NCBI GenBank assembly: GCA_046758325.1
Contig: JBHHZZ010000005.1
Coordinates: 150-64,149 of the forward strand
Length of the DNA stretch: 64,000 nucleotides
From: Thermoplasmata archaeon
GTDB taxonomy: Archaea; Thermoplasmatota; Thermoplasmata; RBG-16-68-12; JAJISG01
Direction: 5' to 3'
Shown here piece after piece: positions 48,912 through 58,309 of the stretch (positions are counted from its first letter, which is position 1; each line of letters begins with the position of its first letter). The translations under genes were made by a program, and so were the position numbers. Under the pieces are notes generated by a model. That model saw only the letters and a program-made list of their open reading frames with translations. It did not search any database and was not told the origin of the DNA.

Positions 48912-49664
48912 ATGAAAGCCCAATCTAGGACTTCAAAGCCCACGAGATTTCGGCCCCCGCTCTTCATGACCGTCTCCCTATTGCTTTTGATTACGCTGAT
49001 CCTGCCTCCCCATGTAGCAGCTCGCTGCTTCGGGGTACCCGAGGGGACCGAGGAACCAAGAACGGAAGGAGTCTGGTCCTTGGAAATAGAGGTGACTAGC
49101 TCCAACGGCTACAAGGCCTCTGCCATCCTCGGCGTCGATTCTGGGGCAACGGAGGGCTATGACCGTGATTTCGATGCCGTGGAGCCCCTCTTCCAGTTCC
49201 AGCCTCGGGGAGGTGACGTTGAACTCACCCTTTACGCTTATTTCTACTACCCCGATAACCCGGAGACGGCGCTGGGCAGCTCTATGGATCCTGAGGCCAC
49301 CGTGGGACTTACGACGAGCGTCATCGACCCCAAGGATAACATGACGTGGCCTCTTCAAGTGGCCTACCTCTTGGAGGAGGACGCAGTCATAAGTCTTACC
49401 TGGGAGCCAAACGTGACCAGGCAGCTCGGCGGATACTCAATAGAGCTCTTCACTCCCTTCGGTGAGGTCCTGCCCATGGCCAAGATCTCCAACTACTCCT
49501 TCGCAGCGAGCCGCGGGGTCTATGACTTCACGGTAAGGGCCTTGGCGGAGACGGAGGAACGGGGGGCCGAACAGCAGATAATCGGCGGCGTAATCACGGC
49601 CTATGCTCTCGTGGTGGCAATCATTCTGGGTCTGAGGCGACTGAGGAAGGGTCGGAGATCTTAA
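48912..49664 (+). CDS. secreted protein with N-terminal signal peptide and C-terminal TM anchor plus basic tail
   Basis: N-terminus 'MKAQSRTSKPTRFRPPLFMTVSLLLLITLILPP'. C-terminus 'IIGGVITAYALVVAIILGLRRLRKGRRS'. Confidence 0.45.
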   Translation: MKAQSRTSKPTRFRPPLFMTVSLLLLITLILPPHVAARCFGVPEGTEEPRTEGVWSLEIEVTSSNGYKASAILGVDSGATEGYDRDFDAVEPLFQFQPRGGDVELTLYAYFYYPDNPETALGSSMDPEATVGLTTSVIDPKDNMTWPLQVAYLLEEDAVISLTWEPNVTRQLGGYSIELFTPFGEVLPMAKISNYSFAASRGVYDFTVRALAETEERGAEQQIIGGVITAYALVVAIILGLRRLRKGRRS

Positions 49665-50677
49665 CCCAGGAAACGATCCAGGTCCACGCTGGACCTGCCC
49701 AGCTCCTCCACCTTTGTATAGAGGCTCCAGTCCTCCTTGCACTCGCAGTCCAGTTCGTCGAGCCAATCAGAGACATTCAGGGAGTAGTCGTCTATGGCCT
49801 TGAGGATGATACCATCGCAGTGTCCGCAGTTGTGGGCTCCCCGCCGCTTGCCGCCCCCGGTCGGCTTGGACATCACCCTAGCCCCGATCCCCCGCAGAAC
49901 CTTGAGCACCTCCACTAGGGACCACAACCAAGGGGGCCTGTACTCTCCCTTCCTGTACAACACGTCCACCAGGGTGTCCCTCTGGACGTTGGTGGGGTTT
50001 ATGGATATCGTATCCGTCATGCCGTCGATGGCCCTGGCGGAGTTGATGATGTCAATCAAGGCCCCCCTTTCGGAAAGGAAGGGAGGCTTGAGGAGGAGGT
50101 AGGTCTTGACGCTGACGCCGCATTCCCGCGCTACCTTCGCAGCCTCCACGTACGCTTCAAAACTGAAGTCCTTGCTGATGCAGCGGTCCCGAATGAAATC
50201 GTTGGCAGACTCGAGGCCTATGGCGACCTCGAAGACCTTGCAGCATTTCACGGCCTCCTGCAGGAGAGGTCTTCGCACGAGCTGAGGCAGGTTCTCAACA
50301 ACCACCTTCTCGCACCTCTCGCCCAGGTCCCCCAGGATGATTCTTCGAATTTTGGGAGGAATCTCGTTGGGATCGAAGAAGTTGCCCGAGTTGTAGACCT
50401 TGACTATAGGTTGACCCCCATAGATGTCCATGGCACTGGACCACTGCTGGAGGAGGTCCTCTCCGGAGACCTCGGTGAAGCAGTCGCTGACGTATCCGCA
50501 CATGGAGCAACCGCTTTTCCTAGCCCAATAGCACCCCTTCGTTCGCAGGATAAGGACGAAAGCTTCCGCCACTTCGCCATCCAGAAGCTCTCTCTCTGTC
50601 CAGGCGGACACGTACTTTGTGGGATCGTGCTCCCTGACCGCCCTCGTCTCCTGTATCAGCTGTGCTAGCTGAGTCAT
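49661..50677 (-). CDS. TIGR01210-type radical-SAM-like protein (archaeosine RaSEA-like)
   Basis: Cys cluster 'GCYWARKSGCSMCG' and overall similarity to archaeal ArcS-partner proteins, judged from memory only. Confidence 0.6.
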   Translation of the reverse strand: MTQLAQLIQETRAVREHDPTKYVSAWTERELLDGEVAEAFVLILRTKGCYWARKSGCSMCGYVSDCFTEVSGEDLLQQWSSAMDIYGGQPIVKVYNSGNFFDPNEIPPKIRRIILGDLGERCEKVVVENLPQLVRRPLLQEAVKCCKVFEVAIGLESANDFIRDRCISKDFSFEAYVEAAKVARECGVSVKTYLLLKPPFLSERGALIDIINSARAIDGMTDTISINPTNVQRDTLVDVLYRKGEYRPPWLWSLVEVLKVLRGIGARVMSKPTGGGKRRGAHNCGHCDGIILKAIDDYSLNVSDWLDELDCECKEDWSLYTKVEELGRSSVDLDRFLG

Positions 50678-50710
50678 CCACGAAGGAAAGCTGGCCGGCG
50701 AATAAAAGGT

Positions 50711-51808
50711 TTAGCCGCGGGGTTTCACCAGGATAATGGCGGCGATGAGGCCTAGGGCGATGAAGACGAGGGAGAGGAACCAAAGGGCGAAACCTATCTC
50801 AGGGGCAGTGATGAAGACGGGCACCTCGAATATGCCGGGAGCCTGGTAGAGGAGCGCGTAGGCGACGAACAACAGGAGGCCCACGACGGCCAAGGAGATG
50901 CCTACCATGGGATTCCCTTCCTTCTGTTGCCTTATCTTCACAGCCCCTGTCGCCTTCCGGCGGCGCGTCTGATGCATGGGTTGTGCAGTGACTCCTGGCA
51001 CGGCTCCGGCGGGGGGGTAGGCCCGGCAGCTGTAGCAGTACCATCTGTCGTATTGGGGGATGTAGGTGAGTTCCCCGCCGCACGTAGGACACGCGCTCTC
51101 GCCCTCCCGGCCCGCCTCCTGCGGAGCTTCAACCTCCTGGACTACCTCGACCTGCCCCTGATGCGTCTCCTCGGCAAGCTGTTCCGGCGGCTCTGGCTGT
51201 TCTTCCACCAAGGGAGCTTCTTGCGCGGCCTCTTTCTCCTCGGGTTCAGGGGGTTTCTCCTCCTGAGATTCTACGGGCTCCTCCCCCTTCAGCAGGAGGC
51301 CCTGTTTCCTTACGTGCTCGAGAAGGCGTAGTCGGAGCTCGTACTTCATGCCGCTGTCATCCAGGGCGTAGTCCCTACACCACTTCATGAGCTGCTCCTT
51401 GGAGGCCAGGTCCATCTCTTCCCGGGAGAAGGGAGCGTAACCGATGGTCTCGGCCTTTCCTTCACCGCCTGCCTTCATGCGCTTGCCTCCCTTACGTCCT
51501 CGAGCGATGCCGTAACTCTTTGGCACGTACGCCCTGCAGTCGAGGCAATAGAAGCGATCATATTGAGGTATGTACTCGAGCTCCTTCCCACACGTGGGGC
51601 ACGGGTTCCTGATCCCAGCGTCTTCCTTGTACTCCTGGCAACCGTAGCAGTAGTACCTGTGATACTGCTGCACGAATACCAAGGCTCGACCGCATCTATC
51701 GCAGGGATGAAGGGTCTTGGGCGCGTAGGACCGGCAGCCGTAGCAGTAGTGCCTTCCGTAAGGGGCGATGTAGGTGAGCTCAGCACCACAGGTTGGACAA
51801 CCAACCAT
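50711..51808 (-). CDS. membrane protein with four CPxCG-type zinc-ribbon repeats, a SAP-like motif, an acidic linker and two C-terminal TM helices
   Basis: Four repeats of 'CPTCG.EL.YI.QYDR.YC..C..Y'. 'LMKWCRDYALDDSGMKYELRLRLLEHVRKQGL' is SAP-like. C-terminal hydrophobic pair. Confidence 0.6.
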   Translation of the reverse strand: MVGCPTCGAELTYIAPYGRHYCYGCRSYAPKTLHPCDRCGRALVFVQQYHRYYCYGCQEYKEDAGIRNPCPTCGKELEYIPQYDRFYCLDCRAYVPKSYGIARGRKGGKRMKAGGEGKAETIGYAPFSREEMDLASKEQLMKWCRDYALDDSGMKYELRLRLLEHVRKQGLLLKGEEPVESQEEKPPEPEEKEAAQEAPLVEEQPEPPEQLAEETHQGQVEVVQEVEAPQEAGREGESACPTCGGELTYIPQYDRWYCYSCRAYPPAGAVPGVTAQPMHQTRRRKATGAVKIRQQKEGNPMVGISLAVVGLLLFVAYALLYQAPGIFEVPVFITAPEIGFALWFLSLVFIALGLIAAIILVKPRG

Positions 51809-52007
51809 CTCATCCTCTTAGGAGGTTTCTCTGGGCACCCTATTTGATTGTTTTTAAGTCGTAATCAAAATCGGGAATCATTTTTCCTGGCTTTTTGACG
51901 TCTTCTAGGGGTACAGAGGTACCCCATCCCCGAAACGTGGATACCTATCGGAGCTGGATTCAAGGTTGGGCGGACAGGTTGACGAAGGCGAGGCCAAGGA
52001 GCACGAG

Positions 52008-52093
52008 AGCCGCCGAAGGGATTCGAACCCTTGACCTACGGTTCTCCCGCTGCGTTACAAGACCGTCGCTCTAACCAGCTGAGCTACGGCGGC
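52008..52093 (-). tRNA. tRNA-Thr (anticodon UGU) with a putative 12-nt intron next to the anticodon loop
   Basis: Hand fold: acceptor GCCGCCG/CGGCGGC, D-arm GCTC..GAGC, anticodon stem ACGGT/ACCGT with 12 extra nt (CGCAGCGGGAGA) after loop CTTGTAA, T-arm AAGGG-TTCGAAT-CCCTT, discriminator U. Confidence 0.65.
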
Positions 52094-52123
52094 TTCACGA
52101 GGTGGATTGAGAGGTCATAGGGA

Positions 52124-52131
52124 TTAAATAA
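52124..52131 (-). promoter_or_regulatory. TATA-like box about 30 nt upstream of tRNA-Thr
   Basis: 'TTATTTAA' on the minus strand at the expected distance. Confidence 0.3.
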
Positions 52132-52171
52132 CTTGTCGGGGAACATTCACAGCGCATCCCCTTGGCCAGTA

Positions 52172-52765
52172 TCAGCGCTCTGCGCCTTGAGCTTCGGAAG
52201 TCAGCCCCAGCAACTGCTGCAGGGAGACAAAGACTATCCAGACGACTGCTGCCAGGACGCCAACGGTCTCCCAGAGAGGGTCCACGCCGCTGAATATTAG
52301 GATTAGGGCGAGGACGAAGGCGACCGCCGTGGCCACTGCTCCCACCACCCCGAAGGCCCGATTCTTCGCAACGATGAGCAGGAAGAGCGCCAATCCTGCC
52401 GTCAATAGCAGAAAGAAGGCGATCGCAGCGTACGTGTGAAGAACGCCCGCGTCCTCTGTCCAGATACCGACGCCAACAAGGGATATCCCGGCCGCCAGGA
52501 ACGCTCCGCGGGTCACCCAAGCCACAGACCTGGTTCCTAGGGGCTCAAGGCCCCAGGCCGCGAAGGGAAGAATCAGAAGGCCAGTCAGGATGACAGCGCT
52601 GTTGAAAGCCCAGGCACCTGATCCGACCCCCAGGTCGCTGAGGACGTCCTCGCCGAAGACGTATGTGGGATCGAGGGCAATGGCCGTTGCATAGAGTATG
52701 ACAAAGACGATGGGGGCCAAGAGGCCACAGATGGTTCCAATCCTCTCAGGGGTTAACCGCTCCAT
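52172..52765 (-). CDS. hypothetical membrane protein (6 TM)
   Basis: 197-aa hydrophobic ORF. Confidence 0.45.
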   Translation of the reverse strand: MERLTPERIGTICGLLAPIVFVILYATAIALDPTYVFGEDVLSDLGVGSGAWAFNSAVILTGLLILPFAAWGLEPLGTRSVAWVTRGAFLAAGISLVGVGIWTEDAGVLHTYAAIAFFLLLTAGLALFLLIVAKNRAFGVVGAVATAVAFVLALILIFSGVDPLWETVGVLAAVVWIVFVSLQQLLGLTSEAQGAER

Positions 52766-52854
52766 GACGGCCTATTGTGTATTCTGTTTATAAAGAACCT
52801 TGCGCTCCATCATGGCGGTAGGTTTTTCTTGGACAGAGACCCTGCCTGCGACTC

Positions 52855-53631
52855 ATGACTCCGGACAGCCTCAGGCAGGCCTATCGACAGTTCACCACGG
52901 GGGTATCCCTCATCACGACCCACGGGACGGCTGGCCCAAACGTCACGGCCGCAGAGTGGACCTTCAACGTGTCCTATGAGCCCTTCTTGATATCCGTTCA
53001 CATCGGCCGGGGGAAGGCCACCCACGATGCCATCGAACAGACCGGGGAGTTCGGGGTGAACATTGTGGCGGAGGATCAGGTGGCCGCCATGGCCCTCGCT
53101 GGTCACTTTTCCAAGCGTGTCGTAGACAAGCTCTCCAGCGACCTCTTCGACACCTATCCGGCGAAGCGTATCAAGGCTCCTCTGATTCGTGGCTGCCTAC
53201 TGAATGCCGAGTGTCGAGTGGTACAGCAGGTCGCCATGGGCGACCATACTGCCTTTGTAGGGGAGGTGGTGGAGTTTACCGTGGACGGGTCTAGGAATCC
53301 CGTGATCCTCCACAAGGGAGCGCGGCGGCTCGGTGCACGCATAAGGAGGCGCGCTGATGTGACCGTTGCAGTGACGCCGATGCAAGCCGCGCGGGGTGCG
53401 GGAATCACCGCCACAGGGGAGCTCATGGCCCCCAGCAGGGCCTTCAAGAAGATTCACATTAGACTCATCGACCCGAAGGGGATAGAAATCGTAGAGAGGG
53501 AGGCGCTAACCGGAGCCGAAGGCTATTTCAGCGCCGACCTGGCCATCCCTGCCGAAGCACCGTCAGGCGTCTACGTCATCCTTGCCCGATACCGTGATGC
53601 TGAGGGCAGTGCCCGTCTCAGGGTAACCTAG
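52855..53631 (+). CDS. flavin-reductase-like (FMN-binding split-barrel) protein with a ~90-aa C-terminal extension
   Basis: 'FTTGVSLITT' N-terminal motif of the flavin reductase family. The C-terminal 90 aa look like a beta-rich domain. Confidence 0.65.
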   Translation: MTPDSLRQAYRQFTTGVSLITTHGTAGPNVTAAEWTFNVSYEPFLISVHIGRGKATHDAIEQTGEFGVNIVAEDQVAAMALAGHFSKRVVDKLSSDLFDTYPAKRIKAPLIRGCLLNAECRVVQQVAMGDHTAFVGEVVEFTVDGSRNPVILHKGARRLGARIRRRADVTVAVTPMQAARGAGITATGELMAPSRAFKKIHIRLIDPKGIEIVEREALTGAEGYFSADLAIPAEAPSGVYVILARYRDAEGSARLRVT

Positions 53632-53692
53632 TCCGCGAGTGGCATAGCGGGAGTCCGGTTCAACCGGCTCAACAGAGGTGACCCACTGAAAA

Positions 53693-53944
53693 TCATCTCT
53701 TCCGTCCCCTTCTCTTGGACTTCGGTCGGGTCCTAGAGTGGGCTCCCTTTCGGTCAGTCATCCTCTTCCTCTTTGCCCAGTCCTCTTGCACGAGAGTCCC
53801 GTTCCACAACTTCAAGGCCTTCTCCTTGGAGAAGGGGATGCCTCGGGCCTCGAGCTTTGACTTCATTCGATTACGGAACTGATGCCTCTTGATATCCTTC
53901 TGGCTGTTCCAGAGCCTTTCAAACTCCCGGACCTTCTCGTTCAA
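53693..53944 (-). CDS. small basic hypothetical protein
   Basis: 83 aa, K/R-rich. Confidence 0.3.
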   Translation of the reverse strand: MNEKVREFERLWNSQKDIKRHQFRNRMKSKLEARGIPFSKEKALKLWNGTLVQEDWAKRKRMTDRKGAHSRTRPKSKRRGRKR

Positions 53945-54018
53945 GTCACTGCCTCCGGATTCCTATCGGTAGGACGACGATGCTGAGGTTCAGTATTCGG
54001 GCCTACTGGGAAGAATGA

Positions 54019-54489
54019 CTACCGGCGCCTTCTTCCTCCGCCCCTTCCACCGGGTCTGCCTCTGCCGCCTCTGGAGGGCTGTCCGCCGAAGTCGGATCTG
54101 CCCGAGGATCGCCTCTCCATCTCGTACTCTCGGTCGCTGATATTGAACTCCTCGTTGACTTCAGGGATGTCCTCCTCGACGATGGCCATGCTTCCGTACT
54201 TTCCCACGTTGAGACGGAGATGACCCCGCACGAGGGACATGAAGCCGTTATCGATGAGCAGAACGTCCCCAGGAGAAACCTGTTCAATCTGATCCTGCCA
54301 TAACGTCATGAGTACTGTCCCGGTCTCGTCGCCGACTCTGGCTTCTGCCAGCAATCGGGCGCCCCCCATCCTAGAGGGGACCTCTCTCTTCTCGCCAATG
54401 TCCAATACCTTGACGAGGATGTTCACGCGCTTTGAGGCAGGCGAGAGGTCGTCTACCTTAACCATTTCCTTGTCTGCTTCCTTATCCAT
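54019..54489 (-). CDS. ssb: single-stranded DNA-binding protein (SsoSSB-like OB fold) with Gly/Arg-rich C-terminal tail
   Basis: 'VNILVKVLDIGEKREV...ARVGDETGTVLMTLW' matches the crenarchaeal/Thermoplasma-type SSB pattern. Tail is 'GRGRPGGRGGGRRRR'. Confidence 0.7.
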   Translation of the reverse strand: MDKEADKEMVKVDDLSPASKRVNILVKVLDIGEKREVPSRMGGARLLAEARVGDETGTVLMTLWQDQIEQVSPGDVLLIDNGFMSLVRGHLRLNVGKYGSMAIVEEDIPEVNEEFNISDREYEMERRSSGRSDFGGQPSRGGRGRPGGRGGGRRRR

Positions 54490-54664
54490 TGTGTCTCACT
54501 TCCGGCACGAAAAACAGGGGACCCGACCCAACCTTTGAGCCCTGAATCCCGAGTTGTTGTGTCTGCGATAAGGACGCCTATGTCCCATATATACCTTCCC
54601 TTCTCATTCGGCGACCCGGTGCCCCTAGCCAGCCTCCACAATGACTCTCGTAGACAAGGCCTAC

Positions 54665-55654
54665 TCAATCACGCGATAGGGCCTCATACAGGAGGGGCAG
54701 CGAGACGTCGTACCTGTAGGTCACGTTCATATGCCCGTCGTCGAATTCCTCATAGTAATGGGGTATCCCCAGGGCTTCTAGCTTCGCGTGGAGGATCCTG
54801 GACCCCCAGATGAGGCTGAACTCGTCCTCCGTCCCGCAGTCGATGTAGATCAGCTCCAGCTTCCGAAGGTTGTCCGCGTACCTCTCCACCATGTTGACGG
54901 GGTCCCATTCCCTCCACCTCACCCACACCTCGGACCTGAACTCGCCCGTCTCCAGGTCGAATGGAAAGTCGATGCCCATGATTGGCGATTGCGGATTGGG
55001 GGAATAGTGGGCCGCCATGCCCAGGGTGTTCAGGACCGGGAGGAGGTCCTTTCTCCTCCTGTCGGGTCTCTCCCAGTATCCCTCCAGCCATGCCTCTGGC
55101 CCACCAGCCTCCCTGAAGGCCTTGAGGGCCTTGGAGAAGTCGGGTATGTAGCAGTATTCGAAGGCGGAGTCGCCAGAGTGATTCGCCAGGGCGGAGAACA
55201 CATCGGGATGCCTCATACCCAGGACCATGGACCCGTACCCTCCGGAGGACTTGCCCCAGATGGCCCGCCGGCCGCATCTGTACCTCTCCTCCACGAGGGG
55301 TATGACCTCCTGGATGAGGTAGTCCTCGTAGGCGCCGATGGCGGAGGAGTTCAAGTACTGATTCCCTCCGACCCTCGTGAAGCAGTCTGGCATCACGACG
55401 ATCATGGGACCGCACTTCCCCTCGGCGATAAGGCGGTCCATCTTCGATCTGAGATCCTCCATCAGGGGGTCTACATTCAGGAGCATGCGGCCGGTTCCCG
55501 TATATCCCACGATGCCGTAGACCACAGGCGCCTCCTCCTTGCCGTATCCCGGCGGGAGGTAGATTAGGACATCCCGTTCCGACGGGTCCCCCAGGGGATT
55601 CCCCTTCAGGATTTCGCTCTCGAACGTCTCCTCCACAAGCCTTCCCTGCATCAT
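54665..55654 (-). CDS. esterase (alpha/beta hydrolase, putative-esterase family)
   Basis: Nucleophile elbow 'GKSSGGYGS'. Fold pattern of enterochelin-esterase-like proteins. Confidence 0.7.
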   Translation of the reverse strand: MMQGRLVEETFESEILKGNPLGDPSERDVLIYLPPGYGKEEAPVVYGIVGYTGTGRMLLNVDPLMEDLRSKMDRLIAEGKCGPMIVVMPDCFTRVGGNQYLNSSAIGAYEDYLIQEVIPLVEERYRCGRRAIWGKSSGGYGSMVLGMRHPDVFSALANHSGDSAFEYCYIPDFSKALKAFREAGGPEAWLEGYWERPDRRRKDLLPVLNTLGMAAHYSPNPQSPIMGIDFPFDLETGEFRSEVWVRWREWDPVNMVERYADNLRKLELIYIDCGTEDEFSLIWGSRILHAKLEALGIPHYYEEFDDGHMNVTYRYDVSLPLLYEALSRD

Positions 55655-55765
55655 GAGCCCCTGAACCCGCGGAGGGTATTTCAGCCTGCAGATATGGGCC
55701 CTGGCATCTCTCTTCGCCTCATTTGGGTTATCGTTATATATGCTCGAGACCCATTAACTTCATGA

Positions 55766-56161
55766 ATGCCGAAGGGCTCCGTGCTCCAGCCCTACGAGTT
55801 GGTAGTCAACAAAATTCTTCCCACCATCAGGGCCAGGCTAGCGCAGGTTCTCCTTCAAGACTACGACCTCAGACAGGTGGAGGTCGCCGAGAAGCTGGGC
55901 GTTACCCAGGCGGCCGTGAGCCACTACAACACGCACACCAGGGGGGCGGACCAGACCATTCTCCAGCTCTTCCCGGAGATCGACAGTTTCATCCAGGAGC
56001 TGGCCAAGGATATTGCCAGTGGAATGCCCAAACAGCAGCAGGTAGCTCGACTGAACAACATCTGCTGGCAGCTGATGTACACGGAGAGATTCTGCAGTTA
56101 TCACCGCAAGATCGCGGATCTGGAAGGCTGTAACATCTGCTACGAGCCGGTTCCCCAGTGA
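55766..56161 (+). CDS. HTH transcriptional regulator with C-terminal Cys/His zinc-binding cluster
   Basis: 'LRQVEVAEKLGVTQAAVSHY' HTH and 'CWQ...CSYH...CNIC'. Confidence 0.5.
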   Translation: MPKGSVLQPYELVVNKILPTIRARLAQVLLQDYDLRQVEVAEKLGVTQAAVSHYNTHTRGADQTILQLFPEIDSFIQELAKDIASGMPKQQQVARLNNICWQLMYTERFCSYHRKIADLEGCNICYEPVPQ

Positions 56162-56236
56162 TCAGTCTGGGGACGCTGGCTTTTGGGAGTGATGTTGTGG
56201 TAGCGCAGAGCATGAAAGGCTGGGATCGCCTTTGCC

Positions 56237-56482
56237 TTGCCGAGGTCGGCCCTAGCGGTAGCCAGGACCCTCAAGGATGGCCCCCTCACCAGGGAACAGG
56301 TGAAGTCCAGGACCGGGCTGCCGGATAGGACCCTGCGATTCGCCATCGCTCGCTTGAGGCGGGTGGGAATCGTGGACGAGCGGCGCAGCCTCAGGGACGC
56401 CCGAAGGAAGTTATTCTTCCTGGTGGGAGAGGGCGAGGGAGCAGGACGAAGAGCTCAGGAGGCTCCCCAGTTGACCCGGTAA
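56237..56482 (+). CDS. small winged-helix DNA-binding protein
   Basis: 'LTREQVKSRTGLPDRTLRFAIARLRRVGIV'. TTG start is the first start after the in-frame stop. Confidence 0.35.
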   Translation: MPRSALAVARTLKDGPLTREQVKSRTGLPDRTLRFAIARLRRVGIVDERRSLRDARRKLFFLVGEGEGAGRRAQEAPQLTR

Positions 56483-58122
56483 AGCTGGGAGTAGCCATCG
56501 TCGTACAGTTTGAGGTAGTCCCCCCCCAGGAACTTGTCCAGGGCCTGCGGGGAGAGTGGCAGGGCGGGGTCCCAAGGAAACAGCATGGCGCCCGCTACTA
56601 GGTCTCGGTCCAGGAGGACATAGTCGACTCTCCCAGGACCACCAGGTAGCTCCTCCACCCATTCCATCTCCTGCCGCGCCTCGTCGAAACTAGGAGCGTG
56701 AAGAGCCAGGGAAACACTATCCCAGGTGGCCCTAACTCCGGTGAAGCCGAAAAGGATGGATGAGGCCCTGTGATCCGTTGCCGTCACACCGTCCACCCTT
56801 CCGACAGACCATTGGACCACGTTCATGCCCTCGGCCCTGGTCCCCTCGAAGTGGTTTCCCAGGACCTCCCTAGGCGGCAAGGCGGTGAGGGCTCCGAGGA
56901 TGATGAGAGCTGAAAGGAGCAGGACCAGGAGACGCTTTCCCCGGCCTATGGCCCGCATCAGCTGGAAAGCTCCCATCCCTCCGAAGATGGCCAGGGGCAA
57001 GGTCAGGTACTCGAGGTGCCTGTAGGGTATGAGGAACGTGGGTGCGATGAAGCCTCCGAGGATCCAGGAGATGTTGAGGGCCAGGAACCATGATGTAATG
57101 GATGGACCACCGGGGAGGAAGTCAAAATACCTGCGGCCAGGAGCGCTGAAAAGGAAGAGGAAGACGAAGGGGGCGGAATAGAGGAGGGAGGCCTGAGAGA
57201 CGGAGACAGTGGTGCCTGGCACCTGACTGTAGTAGAAGACCACCAGGATGAGGGAGGTGAGGAGAGCGGCCAGGCCAAGTATCTTCCAATCCCTGGATGC
57301 TGGTCTGGAGGAAGGTCGATACGTCCAGGAGATATGGGACCGCAGGATGGAGATGGGGTATAGGACCGCCGGCAGAGCCAGTATGAGGATCGCCGTCACC
57401 CACCATGGAAACCTCTCGATGCCCAGGAACGTCCTGAAACTCTCCGCATAGACGGCCCAGTAGGCGACGTTCGCTCCGACCAGGAACCCCAGGAGGGCCG
57501 TCTCTCTCCTAATCTCTCCGAAGGAAGCACCCCTGAGGGCGACTCTCATGAATGCCACCATGAAGGTAGAGATCATGAGGATGTAGCTAGAGAGGTGGTG
57601 CACAACCACCAGGGCCAGGGCCAGGGGGATCAGAAGGGCGAAGAGCTTGCCGTCCTCCCTCAGTCGGAGGAGCAGCAGGAGGCTTGAAGCTACGAACAGA
57701 TCCCCCAGGGCCCCCGGGATAGGATGGGAAGTGGGATATACGTGAGGCAGGACCACGGCGACGATTGCGGCTGCCAGGAGGGCGGGCCAATCCCTCCCAG
57801 TAACCTCCCGACCGATGAGGAAGGCAGGGACGACGATGAGGGACGAGAGAATGGGGACCATCAGAACGGCAGCGGCCTCCAGCGGTATCCCGGTCCATGA
57901 GGTGGAGGCGACCAGTACCTCCATGCCCGAGAACTCAGGGTAGCCAACCCCCCACCCGAGGTAGGGGTCTGGCAAAGGCGAGCCCTCCGAGAGGAGACGA
58001 GTGATTAGGAAGTATTCGCCGAAGTCAGCGCCCCAGAAGAGGTAACGGGTTACCGGCAGCAGCCGGAGGTAGACCGCCAGAAGAAAGATTGAGAGGAGGG
58101 CATACGAGGTGGACCTCTTCAC
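56455..58122 (-). CDS. polytopic membrane glycosyltransferase-like protein (GT-C fold candidate) with C-terminal soluble domain
   Basis: 555 aa, about 13 TM. An acidic loop motif 'FWGADFGEY' follows TM1. Adjacent to a GT4 gene. Confidence 0.5.
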   Translation of the reverse strand: MKRSTSYALLSIFLLAVYLRLLPVTRYLFWGADFGEYFLITRLLSEGSPLPDPYLGWGVGYPEFSGMEVLVASTSWTGIPLEAAAVLMVPILSSLIVVPAFLIGREVTGRDWPALLAAAIVAVVLPHVYPTSHPIPGALGDLFVASSLLLLLRLREDGKLFALLIPLALALVVVHHLSSYILMISTFMVAFMRVALRGASFGEIRRETALLGFLVGANVAYWAVYAESFRTFLGIERFPWWVTAILILALPAVLYPISILRSHISWTYRPSSRPASRDWKILGLAALLTSLILVVFYYSQVPGTTVSVSQASLLYSAPFVFLFLFSAPGRRYFDFLPGGPSITSWFLALNISWILGGFIAPTFLIPYRHLEYLTLPLAIFGGMGAFQLMRAIGRGKRLLVLLLSALIILGALTALPPREVLGNHFEGTRAEGMNVVQWSVGRVDGVTATDHRASSILFGFTGVRATWDSVSLALHAPSFDEARQEMEWVEELPGGPGRVDYVLLDRDLVAGAMLFPWDPALPLSPQALDKFLGGDYLKLYDDGYSQLYRVNWGAS

Positions 58123-58309
58123 GTCGTTCCATTAAGGAAAGCTCATATTAACGTTCGGGTCGTCCCGCCGAACATCCTGTCTCTGAGTAGAAGACGGTTC
58201 GCTGACCCAGCAGCGATAAGCCCTCAAAAGGTCCTGAGAGTGAGATGGTATAGGGTACGACACCTGTCGCCCTGATCAAGAACTCCGAAGAGATTCCAGG
58301 TATCCGCCA

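Noticed and set aside
51908-51925. Perfect hairpin GGGTAC-AGAG-GTACCC between tRNA-Thr and the zinc-ribbon gene
   Set aside because: No oligo-T tract on the transcribed (minus) strand next to it. An isolated 6-bp stem can arise by chance at this GC.
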